Shown here one piece after another: positions 1 to 7,749 of a stretch of 41,495 bases of DNA. Numbering within the stretch: the stretch's first letter is position 1; every line of letters begins with the position of its first letter. The position numbers were made by a program, and so were the translations under genes. The notes beneath the pieces are model-generated. The model was given only the letters and a program-made list of their open reading frames with translations. It made no database searches and was not told the origin of the DNA. This DNA is from Clostridia bacterium (GTDB taxonomy: Bacteria; Bacillota; Clostridia; Oscillospirales; CAG-272), in NCBI GenBank assembly GCA_017453285.1, contig JAFTKL010000043.1:1-41495 (forward strand), given 5' to 3'.

Positions 1-17
1 AACTGAACTACCGGGCC
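1..17 (-). tRNA. 5' end of a tRNA, probably tRNA-Asp (truncated by the window edge)
   Basis: Reverse complement reads GGCCCGGTAGTTCAGTT, a typical Firmicute tRNA-Asp acceptor/D-arm start. It lies just downstream of tRNA-Val. The anticodon is outside the window. Confidence 0.7.
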
Positions 18-63
18 ATATGGGCATCTTTCAGATGCCCTCATTGGAAACGGCAACTTGCCG

Positions 64-139
64 TGGTGGGAACAATAGGGCTCGAACCTATGACCCTCTG
101 CTTGTAAGGCAGATGCTCTCCCAGCTGAGCTATGCTCCC
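64..139 (-). tRNA. tRNA-Val (TAC)
   Basis: Reverse complement GGGAGCATAGCTCAGCTGGGAGAGCATCTGCCTTACAAGCAGAGGGTCATAGGTTCGAGCCCTATTGTTCCCACCA: 76 nt cloverleaf, anticodon TAC, GGTTCGA T-loop, encoded CCA. Confidence 0.97.
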
Positions 140-167
140 ATTTGCTCGTCTTTTCGACAGCTCCACT

Positions 168-196
168 ATTATATCACACCAGATTTAGAATGTCAA
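168..196 (-). promoter_or_regulatory. sigma-A promoter of the tRNA-Val/Asp operon
   Basis: Minus strand TTGACA-17 bp-TATAAT with TG extension. Confidence 0.85.
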
Positions 197-249
197 TACC
201 TTTTTTTAATTTTTTTAAAAAATTTTTGAGTCTTTATTTTGCCGCGCTA

Positions 250-278
250 TTGCTTTTTTTATCGCTTGGTGCTATAAT
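250..278 (+). promoter_or_regulatory. sigma-A promoter of the NUDIX operon
   Basis: TTGCTT-17 bp-TATAAT with extended -10 (TGcTATAAT). Confidence 0.7.
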
Positions 279-315
279 ATAAAGTGATGTATTTTTTGCT
301 TTTGTGAGGTTATAT

Positions 316-903
316 ATGGAAAAGCTTGATATAAAATTCGATCTTCCCCTTGAAGCGCTTGAGGAGAAGCAACTCTCATCAACTCCTATATTCGACGGAA
401 AGGTATTGCACGTAAGGCTCGACGAGGTCACGCTCCCGAACGGTGTGCTCTCCACTCGCGAATACTGCCACCACAACGGCGCGGTATGCGTAATTCCACT
501 GACCGACGAGGGTGAAGTCATCTGCGTTCGTCAGTACCGCTACCCATTCCACGAGGATCTGCTTGAGATCCCTGCGGGCAAACTCGACTCTCCCGAAGAA
601 GATCCGAACGATGCAGTTCGTCGCGAGCTTCGTGAGGAAACGGGTGCTGTGGCAAATAAGATAATATATCTCGGCAAGTACTACCCATCCCCTGCCATTC
701 TCGACGAGTGCATTTATATGTATCTCGCGACCGGACTTGACTTCGGCGACACCGAATTTGACGACGACGAATTTATCGAGAGCGTGCGTGTGCCTCTCTC
801 GAAGCTCGTTGAATTGACGCTTGACGGCAAGATCCGAGACGGCAAGACGCAGATCGCGGTTCTGCACGCTCAGATGATGATAGACAGAGGTCTGCTCGAC
901 TGA
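316..903 (+). CDS. nudF: NUDIX hydrolase, ADP-ribose pyrophosphatase (NudF-like)
   Basis: Nudix box GKLDSPEEDPNDAVRRELREETG; VRQYRYP...LEIPAG; DGKT. ATG at 316 follows GAGGT. Confidence 0.85.
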   Translation: MEKLDIKFDLPLEALEEKQLSSTPIFDGKVLHVRLDEVTLPNGVLSTREYCHHNGAVCVIPLTDEGEVICVRQYRYPFHEDLLEIPAGKLDSPEEDPNDAVRRELREETGAVANKIIYLGKYYPSPAILDECIYMYLATGLDFGDTEFDDDEFIESVRVPLSKLVELTLDGKIRDGKTQIAVLHAQMMIDRGLLD

Positions 904-1676
904 TGCTGATATTTACTATGATCGTGCTGTCGATCAGCCTTATCGCAGTGACCTACGTATTTCTCGTTATGCCGCGAGCGGCAGACGGTGCGGATATGGA
1001 TCTGCAGAGCAGCGACTACGCAGACGGCGGAATTTTCGGCAAAGAGCACAAAAGAGGCTCGATAGGAGCTATACGCGAGGCGCGCGACCTCGGCTTCGGA
1101 GTCGCTCTCGACGTTGGAATTTCCAAGGATCGTGAGATATTTGTTCTTCCCTCGATAAACGCCGATCTGACCTTATGTGACGGTGCGGCTATCTCGGGCG
1201 GAATACATAAGCTTGCCACCCTGCGCGAAGTTCTCTCTCTTCTCGACGGACAAGTTCCTCTGCTTATCCGAGTTGAAGCCGAGGACGAACGCGAGCGGCA
1301 CACTCTCTGCAAACAGCTCTGCCTTGAGCTTGATGCATACGCCGGCGCATTTGCAGTCCGCTCGTCTGACGCGAAGGTACTGACATTTTTTAAAAAATAC
1401 CGCCCGCGTTACGCGCGAGGTGTGATAGTTTCAAAAAACGACAAGCGCGGCTCGGCGATGGCGAGATTTTTGCGCAGACATATGTTCACCAATATCCTCA
1501 CCCGCCCCGATTTTATCACCATCGACGGCAGGATGATGCGCGAGCCTGCGTTTTTGCTTGCAACTAAGGTCTTTCACAGACGCGGATTTGCTTTTACGGT
1601 CAGAAGTCAGAAGCAATACGAGCTTTGCAAGCAACGCGGAATTTATGCAATATTTGAAAACGTAATACCACAGTAA
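903..1676 (+). CDS. Membrane-anchored glycerophosphodiester phosphodiesterase-like protein with degenerate active site
   Basis: N-terminal hydrophobic helix. GDPD-like segments AIREARDLGFGVALDVGISKD, TLREVL, PLLIRVE, AFTVRS, IFEN. The canonical HRG, ExD and HD motifs are substituted. Confidence 0.65.
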   Translation: MLIFTMIVLSISLIAVTYVFLVMPRAADGADMDLQSSDYADGGIFGKEHKRGSIGAIREARDLGFGVALDVGISKDREIFVLPSINADLTLCDGAAISGGIHKLATLREVLSLLDGQVPLLIRVEAEDERERHTLCKQLCLELDAYAGAFAVRSSDAKVLTFFKKYRPRYARGVIVSKNDKRGSAMARFLRRHMFTNILTRPDFITIDGRMMREPAFLLATKVFHRRGFAFTVRSQKQYELCKQRGIYAIFENVIPQ

Positions 1677-1689
1677 AGGAATTAATAAT

Positions 1690-2949
1690 ATGAAAAAGGC
1701 TTATTTTAGTGCAGATATCCTTCTGCCCGATTTCAATAAAACAGATGCAAAAAAGTGGGCTGTTATTGCCTGCGATCAGTTCACAAGCGAGCCTCACTAT
1801 TGGGAGAGCGCAAAAAAGTTCATCGACGGTGCACCCTCGACGCTCGATCTCATTCTGCCCGAGGTGTATCTATGTGAGACCGAGGTGAGAATTCCCACGA
1901 TCAACGCGAATATGGAGAAGTATCTGCGCGATCTGCTCGTCTGCCATCCCGACTCGATGATCTACGTTGAGCGCGAGCAGTCGGACGGAAGCGTCCGCCG
2001 CGGCATCGTTATGGCGGTAGATCTTGAGTGCTACGACTTCAAACGTGGTGCTGACTCGCTCATACGCGCGACAGAGGCGACGGTAATCGAGAGAATACCC
2101 CCAAGAGTTGCCATAAGACGCGACGCGAGCATCGAGCTTCCGCACGTTATGCTCCTCATCGACGACCCCGATAGAACTGTGATCGAGCCGCTCTCTACGG
2201 AGTCCTGCCCCGAGATCGCGTACGACACCGATCTTATGCTTGGCGGCGGTCACGTATGCGGAAGATATCTGGGCGAGGCGGCAAAGCAGCAGGTATCAGA
2301 TGCACTTGACTCGCTTATCACACCTGCGGCTATGGAGAAGAGATACGGCGCCGCGACTCTCGCTCCCCTGCTCTTCGCGGTTGGCGACGGAAACCACTCG
2401 CTCGCGACGGCAAAGACCATTTACGAGGAAATAAAGTCCACACTCGGCGCGGATGCAGCGGCAGATCACCCTGCGCGCTACGCGCTCGTCGAGATCGTAA
2501 ACATCCACGACGACGCGCTCAAGTTCGAGCCTATCTACCGCGTTGTGTTCAACGCAGAACCCGAGCATCTGCTCTCTTCGCTGAGAGCTTATCTCGGCGC
2601 GCTCTCGGGCACGGCTGAGGCGCAGACAATCGAGTATATCACTTCTGACGAGAGCGGCAGACTTGATGTCGCTCACCCTGAAAAGCAGCTCACGGTCGGT
2701 ACTCTGCAGGATTTCCTTGACGTCTACGTAAAAGAAAACGCAGGCGTAGAGATCGACTACATCCACGGAGTTGACTCGGTTAAGAGCCTTATCAACAAAA
2801 ACACCGTCGGCTTTATCTTTGACGGAATGAGCAAGTCCGAGCTTTTCAAAACTGTCATCTACGACGGTGCGCTCCCACGCAAGACCTTCTCGATGGGACA
2901 CGCTGAGGACAAGAGATATTATCTTGAGTGCAGAAAAATAACTAAGTGA
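1690..2949 (+). CDS. DUF1015 family protein
   Basis: WAVIACDQFTS, IRATEAT, ELPHVMLL, VGDGNHSLA, LPRKTFSMG motifs; AAGGA RBS. Confidence 0.85.
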   Translation: MKKAYFSADILLPDFNKTDAKKWAVIACDQFTSEPHYWESAKKFIDGAPSTLDLILPEVYLCETEVRIPTINANMEKYLRDLLVCHPDSMIYVEREQSDGSVRRGIVMAVDLECYDFKRGADSLIRATEATVIERIPPRVAIRRDASIELPHVMLLIDDPDRTVIEPLSTESCPEIAYDTDLMLGGGHVCGRYLGEAAKQQVSDALDSLITPAAMEKRYGAATLAPLLFAVGDGNHSLATAKTIYEEIKSTLGADAAADHPARYALVEIVNIHDDALKFEPIYRVVFNAEPEHLLSSLRAYLGALSGTAEAQTIEYITSDESGRLDVAHPEKQLTVGTLQDFLDVYVKENAGVEIDYIHGVDSVKSLINKNTVGFIFDGMSKSELFKTVIYDGALPRKTFSMGHAEDKRYYLECRKITK

Positions 2950-2967
2950 TTTTGATTGGAGTATATT

Positions 2968-3525
2968 ATGAGTGATTCTTGGGAAATACTTCGCAGTGAG
3001 TGCGAGAGCTGCAAAGCCTGCGAGCTTCACACGACGCGCACAAATTGCGTTTTCGGAACGGGAAATATCAATGCAGATCTCCTTTTCGTAGGCGAAGCAC
3101 CGGGCGACAACGAGGACAAGACGGGTATTCCGTTCGTAGGTCGTGCAGGTCAGCTTCTTGACCAATATCTCTATGCGGTAGATATTCCGCGTGAGAGCGT
3201 TTATATTGCAAATATCCTCAAGTGCCGTCCGCCAAAGAACAGAGATCCTCTGCCCGCAGAGGAGGACGCGTGTATGGACTTTCTGCGCAGACAAGTAAAG
3301 CTTATCCGCCCGAAGATCATCTTGTGTCTTGGCAGAATAGCCGCTATGCGACTCATCCGCCCCGACTACAAGATCACAAAAGAGCACGGTGAGTGGGTGC
3401 AGAAGGGCAATTTCCTCATAACTGCCGTTTACCACCCTGCACTTCTTTTGCGCGATCCACGCAGAAAAGAAGAGATGCTCGTGGATATGAAAAAGATCAA
3501 GGAAAAGCTTGATCAGATAGACTGA
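2968..3525 (+). CDS. Uracil-DNA glycosylase, family 4 (Fe-S)
   Basis: CxxC at N terminus, [25 protein letters not shown]. Confidence 0.93.
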   Translation: MSDSWEILRSECESCKACELHTTRTNCVFGTGNINADLLFVGEAPGDNEDKTGIPFVGRAGQLLDQYLYAVDIPRESVYIANILKCRPPKNRDPLPAEEDACMDFLRRQVKLIRPKIILCLGRIAAMRLIRPDYKITKEHGEWVQKGNFLITAVYHPALLLRDPRRKEEMLVDMKKIKEKLDQID

Positions 3526-3541
3526 GAAAGGACAACCCCCA

Positions 3542-4513
3542 ATGATAGATTTTACTTCCTTTCTGAACACGGTCATCACGATGTTCGTAATACTCGTCGT
3601 GGGATACGTGCTCGGAAAGACAAACGTAATTGACGGAGTAGCATCGAAAAAGCTCTCGAAACTGATAGTTGCCGTGGCACAGCCCGCGCTTATCATAAGT
3701 TCTATAATCAGCAAGCAGTATTCCCCCGAGAACCTCAAGCTCTCGCTGATCAGCCTTACATTCGGATTCGTGATGCACTTCATTATGTCACTCATCGCGT
3801 TCGTCGCGTGTCTGAAGATAAAGGACATCAACGAGCGCAAGGTCACCGAGTTCGCTATGGTATTCGGAAACATCGGATTTCTCGGAATTCCCGTGCTTGG
3901 CTCGCTCTTCCCCGAGAACGGCGAGTACGTCGCGTCCTTCTTCGTAGTAAGCTTCAATATTCTTCTCTGGGTGATCGGTCTTGGCATCATCGCACGCAAG
4001 CGCGACGACATCAAGCTGACCGCAAAGAAGATTTTCATCAACAAGGGCACAGTTCCCACGCTTATCGGCTATCTCGTTTTCCTTATCCCCGCGCTTCTGC
4101 CCGAGTTCACGCTCCCCGTCGTAGTCACGAAAAGCGTTGACTACATCGCGTCGCTCTGCACTCCGATATCTATGCTTATCATAGGTGCGCTTCTCTCGAA
4201 CAGATCTCTCAAGCAGATCTTCGGATCGGGCAAGGTCTACTACCTCTGCCTTTTCAAGCTGATAGTAATTCCGCTCTTCTTCTGCTTTACGCTCAAGATC
4301 CTCGGATTTTCTGACTTCTGGGTGCTCTTCATCACCGCAGTTTCGGGTATGCCCTCGGCAAGCTCGACGAGTATGTTCGCAGAGCTTTACGACACCGCTC
4401 CCGGCTTCTCAGCTCAGGGCGTAGGAACGTCCACTCTGCTCTCTCTTGCCACGATGCCCGCAGTTATACTGCTCGCAACCGAAGTTGTGAAGTGGAATAT
4501 CGCTTTATTTTAA
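3542..4513 (+). CDS. AEC (auxin efflux carrier) family transporter
   Basis: About 10 hydrophobic segments; QPALI, FGNIGFLGIPV and GMPSA motifs. Confidence 0.88.
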   Translation: MIDFTSFLNTVITMFVILVVGYVLGKTNVIDGVASKKLSKLIVAVAQPALIISSIISKQYSPENLKLSLISLTFGFVMHFIMSLIAFVACLKIKDINERKVTEFAMVFGNIGFLGIPVLGSLFPENGEYVASFFVVSFNILLWVIGLGIIARKRDDIKLTAKKIFINKGTVPTLIGYLVFLIPALLPEFTLPVVVTKSVDYIASLCTPISMLIIGALLSNRSLKQIFGSGKVYYLCLFKLIVIPLFFCFTLKILGFSDFWVLFITAVSGMPSASSTSMFAELYDTAPGFSAQGVGTSTLLSLATMPAVILLATEVVKWNIALF

Positions 4514-4542
4514 AATTTTTTTGATTTTTTGCAGCAAAGCTA

Positions 4543-4571
4543 TTGACAAAAACGCTTTACCGTGCTAAAAT
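4543..4571 (+). promoter_or_regulatory. sigma-A promoter of the aro operon leader
   Basis: TTGACA (4543-4548)-17 bp-TAAAAT (4566-4571) with TG extension. Confidence 0.85.
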
Positions 4572-4601
4572 GATTGCATCAAGTTAAAGGAGACAGTAAA
4601 A

Positions 4602-4667
4602 ATGAACCGTTTCTTCGCTAACAATTACTTTTACCTTTATTTTTATTACTTTTGCGGTAATAATTGA
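4602..4667 (+). CDS. Phe/Tyr-rich attenuator leader peptide, MNRFFANNYFYLYFYYFCGNN (21 aa; absent from the ORF track)
   Basis: AAAGGAG RBS, ATG at 4602, TGA at 4665-4667. Contains 5 Phe and 5 Tyr codons, 8 of them within 9 consecutive codons. Lies between the promoter and a terminator upstream of DAHP synthase. Confidence 0.88.
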   Translation: MNRFFANNYFYLYFYYFCGNN

Positions 4668-4751
4668 TAAGGGTGTTTTGTTGCGGGACTCGGAATTTTT
4701 TCTGACTTAAAGGTTTATCAGATATTTTTAAGCCTCTCGATGCTAAGCACC
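4632..4751 (+). promoter_or_regulatory. Attenuator protector (1:2) and antiterminator (2:3) helices
   Basis: TACCTTTAT (4632-4640) pairs with ATAAGGGTG (4667-4675), with inner stem TTATTACT/GGTAATAA. GGTGTTTTGTTGCGGGA (4672-4688) pairs 14/17 (3 G-U) with TCTCGATGCTAAGCACC (4735-4751). Paired by hand. Confidence 0.72.
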
Positions 4752-4766
4752 GAGAGGCTTTTTATT
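4730..4766 (+). terminator. Intrinsic terminator (attenuator 3:4 helix) upstream of aroF
   Basis: AAGCCTCTCG / CGAGAGGCTT 10-bp stem, inner TGC-TAA-GCA, ending in TTTTTATT. Confidence 0.88.
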
Positions 4767-4836
4767 CTTAGTACCGTCTCGGTGTTCGCATTCGGCACTT
4801 GTAATTTTTTCAGATAGTTCAAAGGAGAAAACAAAA

Positions 4837-5844
4837 ATGATCGCAGTACTTAAAAGCGGAACAAGTCAAAAACAGCTCGATAATCTCACGTCCTGGCTCA
4901 AGGCACAAGGACTCGACGTGCATATCTCTGTCGGAAACGAACACACGGTAGTAGGACTTATCGGCGACACGAGCAGGATCGACGAGGAGCTGCTCGGCAG
5001 CCTTGATATAGTTGACAGCGTAAAGCGCATCAGCGAGCCCTTCAAGAGCGCGAACAGAAAATTCCACCCCGACGACAGTATCATAAAGGTCGGCAACACC
5101 TCGGTCGGCGGCGACACCTTTGCTATCATCGCAGGCCCCTGCTCTGTTGAGAGCGAGGAGCAGGTGATGCAGATCGCAAGATCGGTCAAGGCATCGGGAG
5201 CGACTATGCTCCGCGGCGGCGCGTTCAAGCCGAGAACCTCGCCCTACGATTTTCAGGGGCTGAAGGCTGACGGCATCGAGATACTTCTTGAAGCAAAGAA
5301 GGAGACCGGACTGCCGATCGTCACCGAGATAATGAACGCAAACCATCTGCCTCTCTTCGAGGACGTCGACGTAATTCAGGTCGGAGCGCGCAATATGCAG
5401 AACTTCGAGCTTCTCAAGGAGCTCGGAAAGACTAACAAGACCATTCTTCTCAAGAGAGGTCTTGCAAACACCCTCAAGGAATTCCTTATGTCCGCCGAGT
5501 ACATTATGGCTGGCGGAAACGAAAATATCATTCTCTGCGAGCGAGGCATCCGCACATTTGAGACCTACACTCGCAACACGCTCGACCTCTCGGCTGTTCC
5601 TATGCTCAAAGAGCTGACGCATCTTCCCATCATTATCGACCCCTCGCACGCGACCGGTGTTGCCAGACTTGTCAAGCCCATGGCTATGGCGGCGGCTACC
5701 TGCGGTGCTGACGGACTTATGATAGAGGTACACAACGATCCCAAGAATGCGCTCTGCGACGGTGCGCAGTCGCTCACGCCCGAGGCGTTTGACGACGTAG
5801 CACGCGCGGTATCCCGCATACTTGCTGCGATAAAGGAGCTTTGA
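4837..5844 (+). CDS. aroF: 3-deoxy-7-phosphoheptulonate (DAHP) synthase, type I-beta with N-terminal regulatory domain
   Basis: IAGPCSVES, RGGAFKPRTSPY, GARNMQNF, DPSH, CDGAQSL. Confidence 0.96.
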   Translation: MIAVLKSGTSQKQLDNLTSWLKAQGLDVHISVGNEHTVVGLIGDTSRIDEELLGSLDIVDSVKRISEPFKSANRKFHPDDSIIKVGNTSVGGDTFAIIAGPCSVESEEQVMQIARSVKASGATMLRGGAFKPRTSPYDFQGLKADGIEILLEAKKETGLPIVTEIMNANHLPLFEDVDVIQVGARNMQNFELLKELGKTNKTILLKRGLANTLKEFLMSAEYIMAGGNENIILCERGIRTFETYTRNTLDLSAVPMLKELTHLPIIIDPSHATGVARLVKPMAMAAATCGADGLMIEVHNDPKNALCDGAQSLTPEAFDDVARAVSRILAAIKEL

Positions 5845-5845
5845 G

Positions 5846-6676
5846 ATGACTGTTGGAATTTGCGGCCTCGGACTTATCGGAGGCTCGATGGCAAAGGCAT
5901 ACAAAGCGTCGGGACACAGAGTCCTCGGCTTTGATATAGATCAGGCAACGCTCGGCTACTGCGAACTTGCGGGAATAACCGACGGTGTACTGGACGAGAG
6001 CACGATCGGCGAGTGCGAGCTTTTATTCGTAGCTCTCTACCCCACCGCCTCTGCGCGCTATCTTGAGAGCGTGGCGCATCTTATCTCTAAGGATGCGACC
6101 GTGATAGATCTGTGCGGAACAAAGGTGAAAATATGCGAGTGCGGCTTCGCGCTTGCAGATAAGTACGGCTTCAGCTTTATCGGCGGTCACCCGATGGCAG
6201 GAACGCAGTACTCGGGTATCAAGCACGCACGCGCAACCCTTTTCAAGAATGCGCCTATGGTGCTCGTTCCACCCGTGTTCGACGATATCGCTCTGCTTGA
6301 CAAGATCAAGCAGCTGCTTGCCCCCGCAGGCTTCGGTCGCTTCTCTGTCACGACGGCAGAGCGACACGACGAGATGATCGCCTTCACCTCTCAGCTTGCG
6401 CACGTGGTATCGAACGCATACGTAAAAACACCTACCGCGCAGAACCACAAGGGATTTTCCGCGGGAAGCTACAAGGATATGACGAGAGTTGCGTGGCTCA
6501 ACGAGAATATGTGGACCGAGCTATTCCTTGAGAACCGCGAGCCGCTTCTCTTTGAGCTCAATTCGATAATAAATTCTCTCTCGGAATACAGAGATGCAAT
6601 TGAAAAATGCGACGCAGACAGACTTCGCGGACTTCTCAGGGACGGCCGCGAGGCTAAGGAACGCGTCGACGGATAA
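5846..6676 (+). CDS. tyrA: Prephenate dehydrogenase
   Basis: GLGLIGGS Rossmann motif, GGHPMAG, HD..IAFTSQLAH, DMTRVA. Confidence 0.93.
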   Translation: MTVGICGLGLIGGSMAKAYKASGHRVLGFDIDQATLGYCELAGITDGVLDESTIGECELLFVALYPTASARYLESVAHLISKDATVIDLCGTKVKICECGFALADKYGFSFIGGHPMAGTQYSGIKHARATLFKNAPMVLVPPVFDDIALLDKIKQLLAPAGFGRFSVTTAERHDEMIAFTSQLAHVVSNAYVKTPTAQNHKGFSAGSYKDMTRVAWLNENMWTELFLENREPLLFELNSIINSLSEYRDAIEKCDADRLRGLLRDGREAKERVDG

Positions 6677-6697
6677 TTCTAATTTCAGGAGATCGTA

Positions 6698-7747
6698 ATG
6701 AAAAAGGTCAGAGTCAATGCGTCGTCAGCTTACGACGTGATAATAGGAAAAGGACTTCTCTCAAGCCTTGCTGAATACGTGCTTGAGGCTGTCGGTAAGG
6801 CAAAGCTTTGCATCGTCACCGACGACAACGTAGACGCGCTCTACTCGGCGGCGGCTGTAAAGTCGCTGAAGGCGGCAGGCTTCGAGGTCGAAAAATTCGT
6901 CATCGCACACGGCGAGGCATCAAAGAACACGGCAAATCTCATCTCTCTGCTCGAGTTTTTGGCAGAGCGACGCTTCACGCGCTCTGACGTGATGATCGCG
7001 CTCGGCGGAGGCGTGGTCGGAGATCTGTGCGGCTTTGCGGCAGGAGTATATCTGCGAGGCATAAGATTTATCCAAGTCCCCACCACTCTTTTGGCGGCGG
7101 TCGACTCGTCGGTTGGCGGAAAGACGGCGGTAGATCTCGCCGCAGGCAAGAACCTTGCGGGAGTTTTCCATCAGCCCTCGCTCGTTCTCTGCGACATCAA
7201 GACTCTTGACACGCTTGAGGACTCTGTCTTTGCCGACGGCTGTGCCGAGGTAATAAAATACGCTATTATCAACGACCGCGAGATGTTCGGCAGATTGCAA
7301 GGCGGAATTCGAGAGAACGTCGAGGACGTCATCGCCGATTGCGTGAAGCACAAGGCAGACATCGTCGCGCTTGACGAGTTTGACCGCGGCACGCGCCAGC
7401 TTCTTAATCTCGGTCACACGGTCGGTCACGCGATCGAGGCACTCTCAAATTTTGATATCTCGCACGGAAGCGCGGTCGCGATCGGCACGGTCATAGTCAC
7501 GAAGATCGCCGTGTCGATGGGCATATGCAACACTGAGGATCAGGTGGCGATCACTTCTCTTCTTCACAGTGTCGGACTTCCCACCGACTGCCCCTACTCC
7601 GCTCCCGAGCTCATACGTATCGCGACGGCGGACAAGAAGCGCGAGGGCGACTCGATAACGCTCATTCTCCCGAACGGCATCGGCAACTGCAGACCGCAAA
7701 AAATTGCGGTATCCGAGCTTGAGGGATACATCAGCAAAGGACTCTGA
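6698..7747 (+). CDS. aroB: 3-dehydroquinate synthase
   Basis: GGGVVGD, PTTLLAAVDSSVGGKT, KNLAG, LNLGHTVGHAIE, HGSAV. Confidence 0.97.
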   Translation: MKKVRVNASSAYDVIIGKGLLSSLAEYVLEAVGKAKLCIVTDDNVDALYSAAAVKSLKAAGFEVEKFVIAHGEASKNTANLISLLEFLAERRFTRSDVMIALGGGVVGDLCGFAAGVYLRGIRFIQVPTTLLAAVDSSVGGKTAVDLAAGKNLAGVFHQPSLVLCDIKTLDTLEDSVFADGCAEVIKYAIINDREMFGRLQGGIRENVEDVIADCVKHKADIVALDEFDRGTRQLLNLGHTVGHAIEALSNFDISHGSAVAIGTVIVTKIAVSMGICNTEDQVAITSLLHSVGLPTDCPYSAPELIRIATADKKREGDSITLILPNGIGNCRPQKIAVSELEGYISKGL

Positions 7748-7749
7748 AT

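Noticed and set aside
22-40. GGGCATCT-TTC-AGATGCCC hairpin
   Set aside because: Ordinary spacer hairpin between co-transcribed tRNAs; no U-tract.
20-229. 69-aa ORF on the + strand
   Set aside because: Antisense to tRNA-Val and its promoter.
2296-4059. 587-aa antisense ORF (also 4819-5904, 18022-19590, 26696-28156 and similar)
   Set aside because: These shadow well-supported genes on the opposite strand, carry no motifs, and are expected from the strong codon bias.
4711-4735. AGGTTTA:TAAGCCT helix as the main antiterminator
   Set aside because: Only 7 bp and too far from the leader stop to be ribosome-controlled. The 4672-4688:4735-4751 helix fits better, and this one is at most auxiliary.
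4660-4766. T-box riboswitch as explanation of the aro leader
   Set aside because: AATTGATAAGGGTG only loosely resembles the T-box. The UGGNACC bulge is absent, no stem I specifier motifs were found, and the region is occupied by an RBS-led F/Y-rich ORF.
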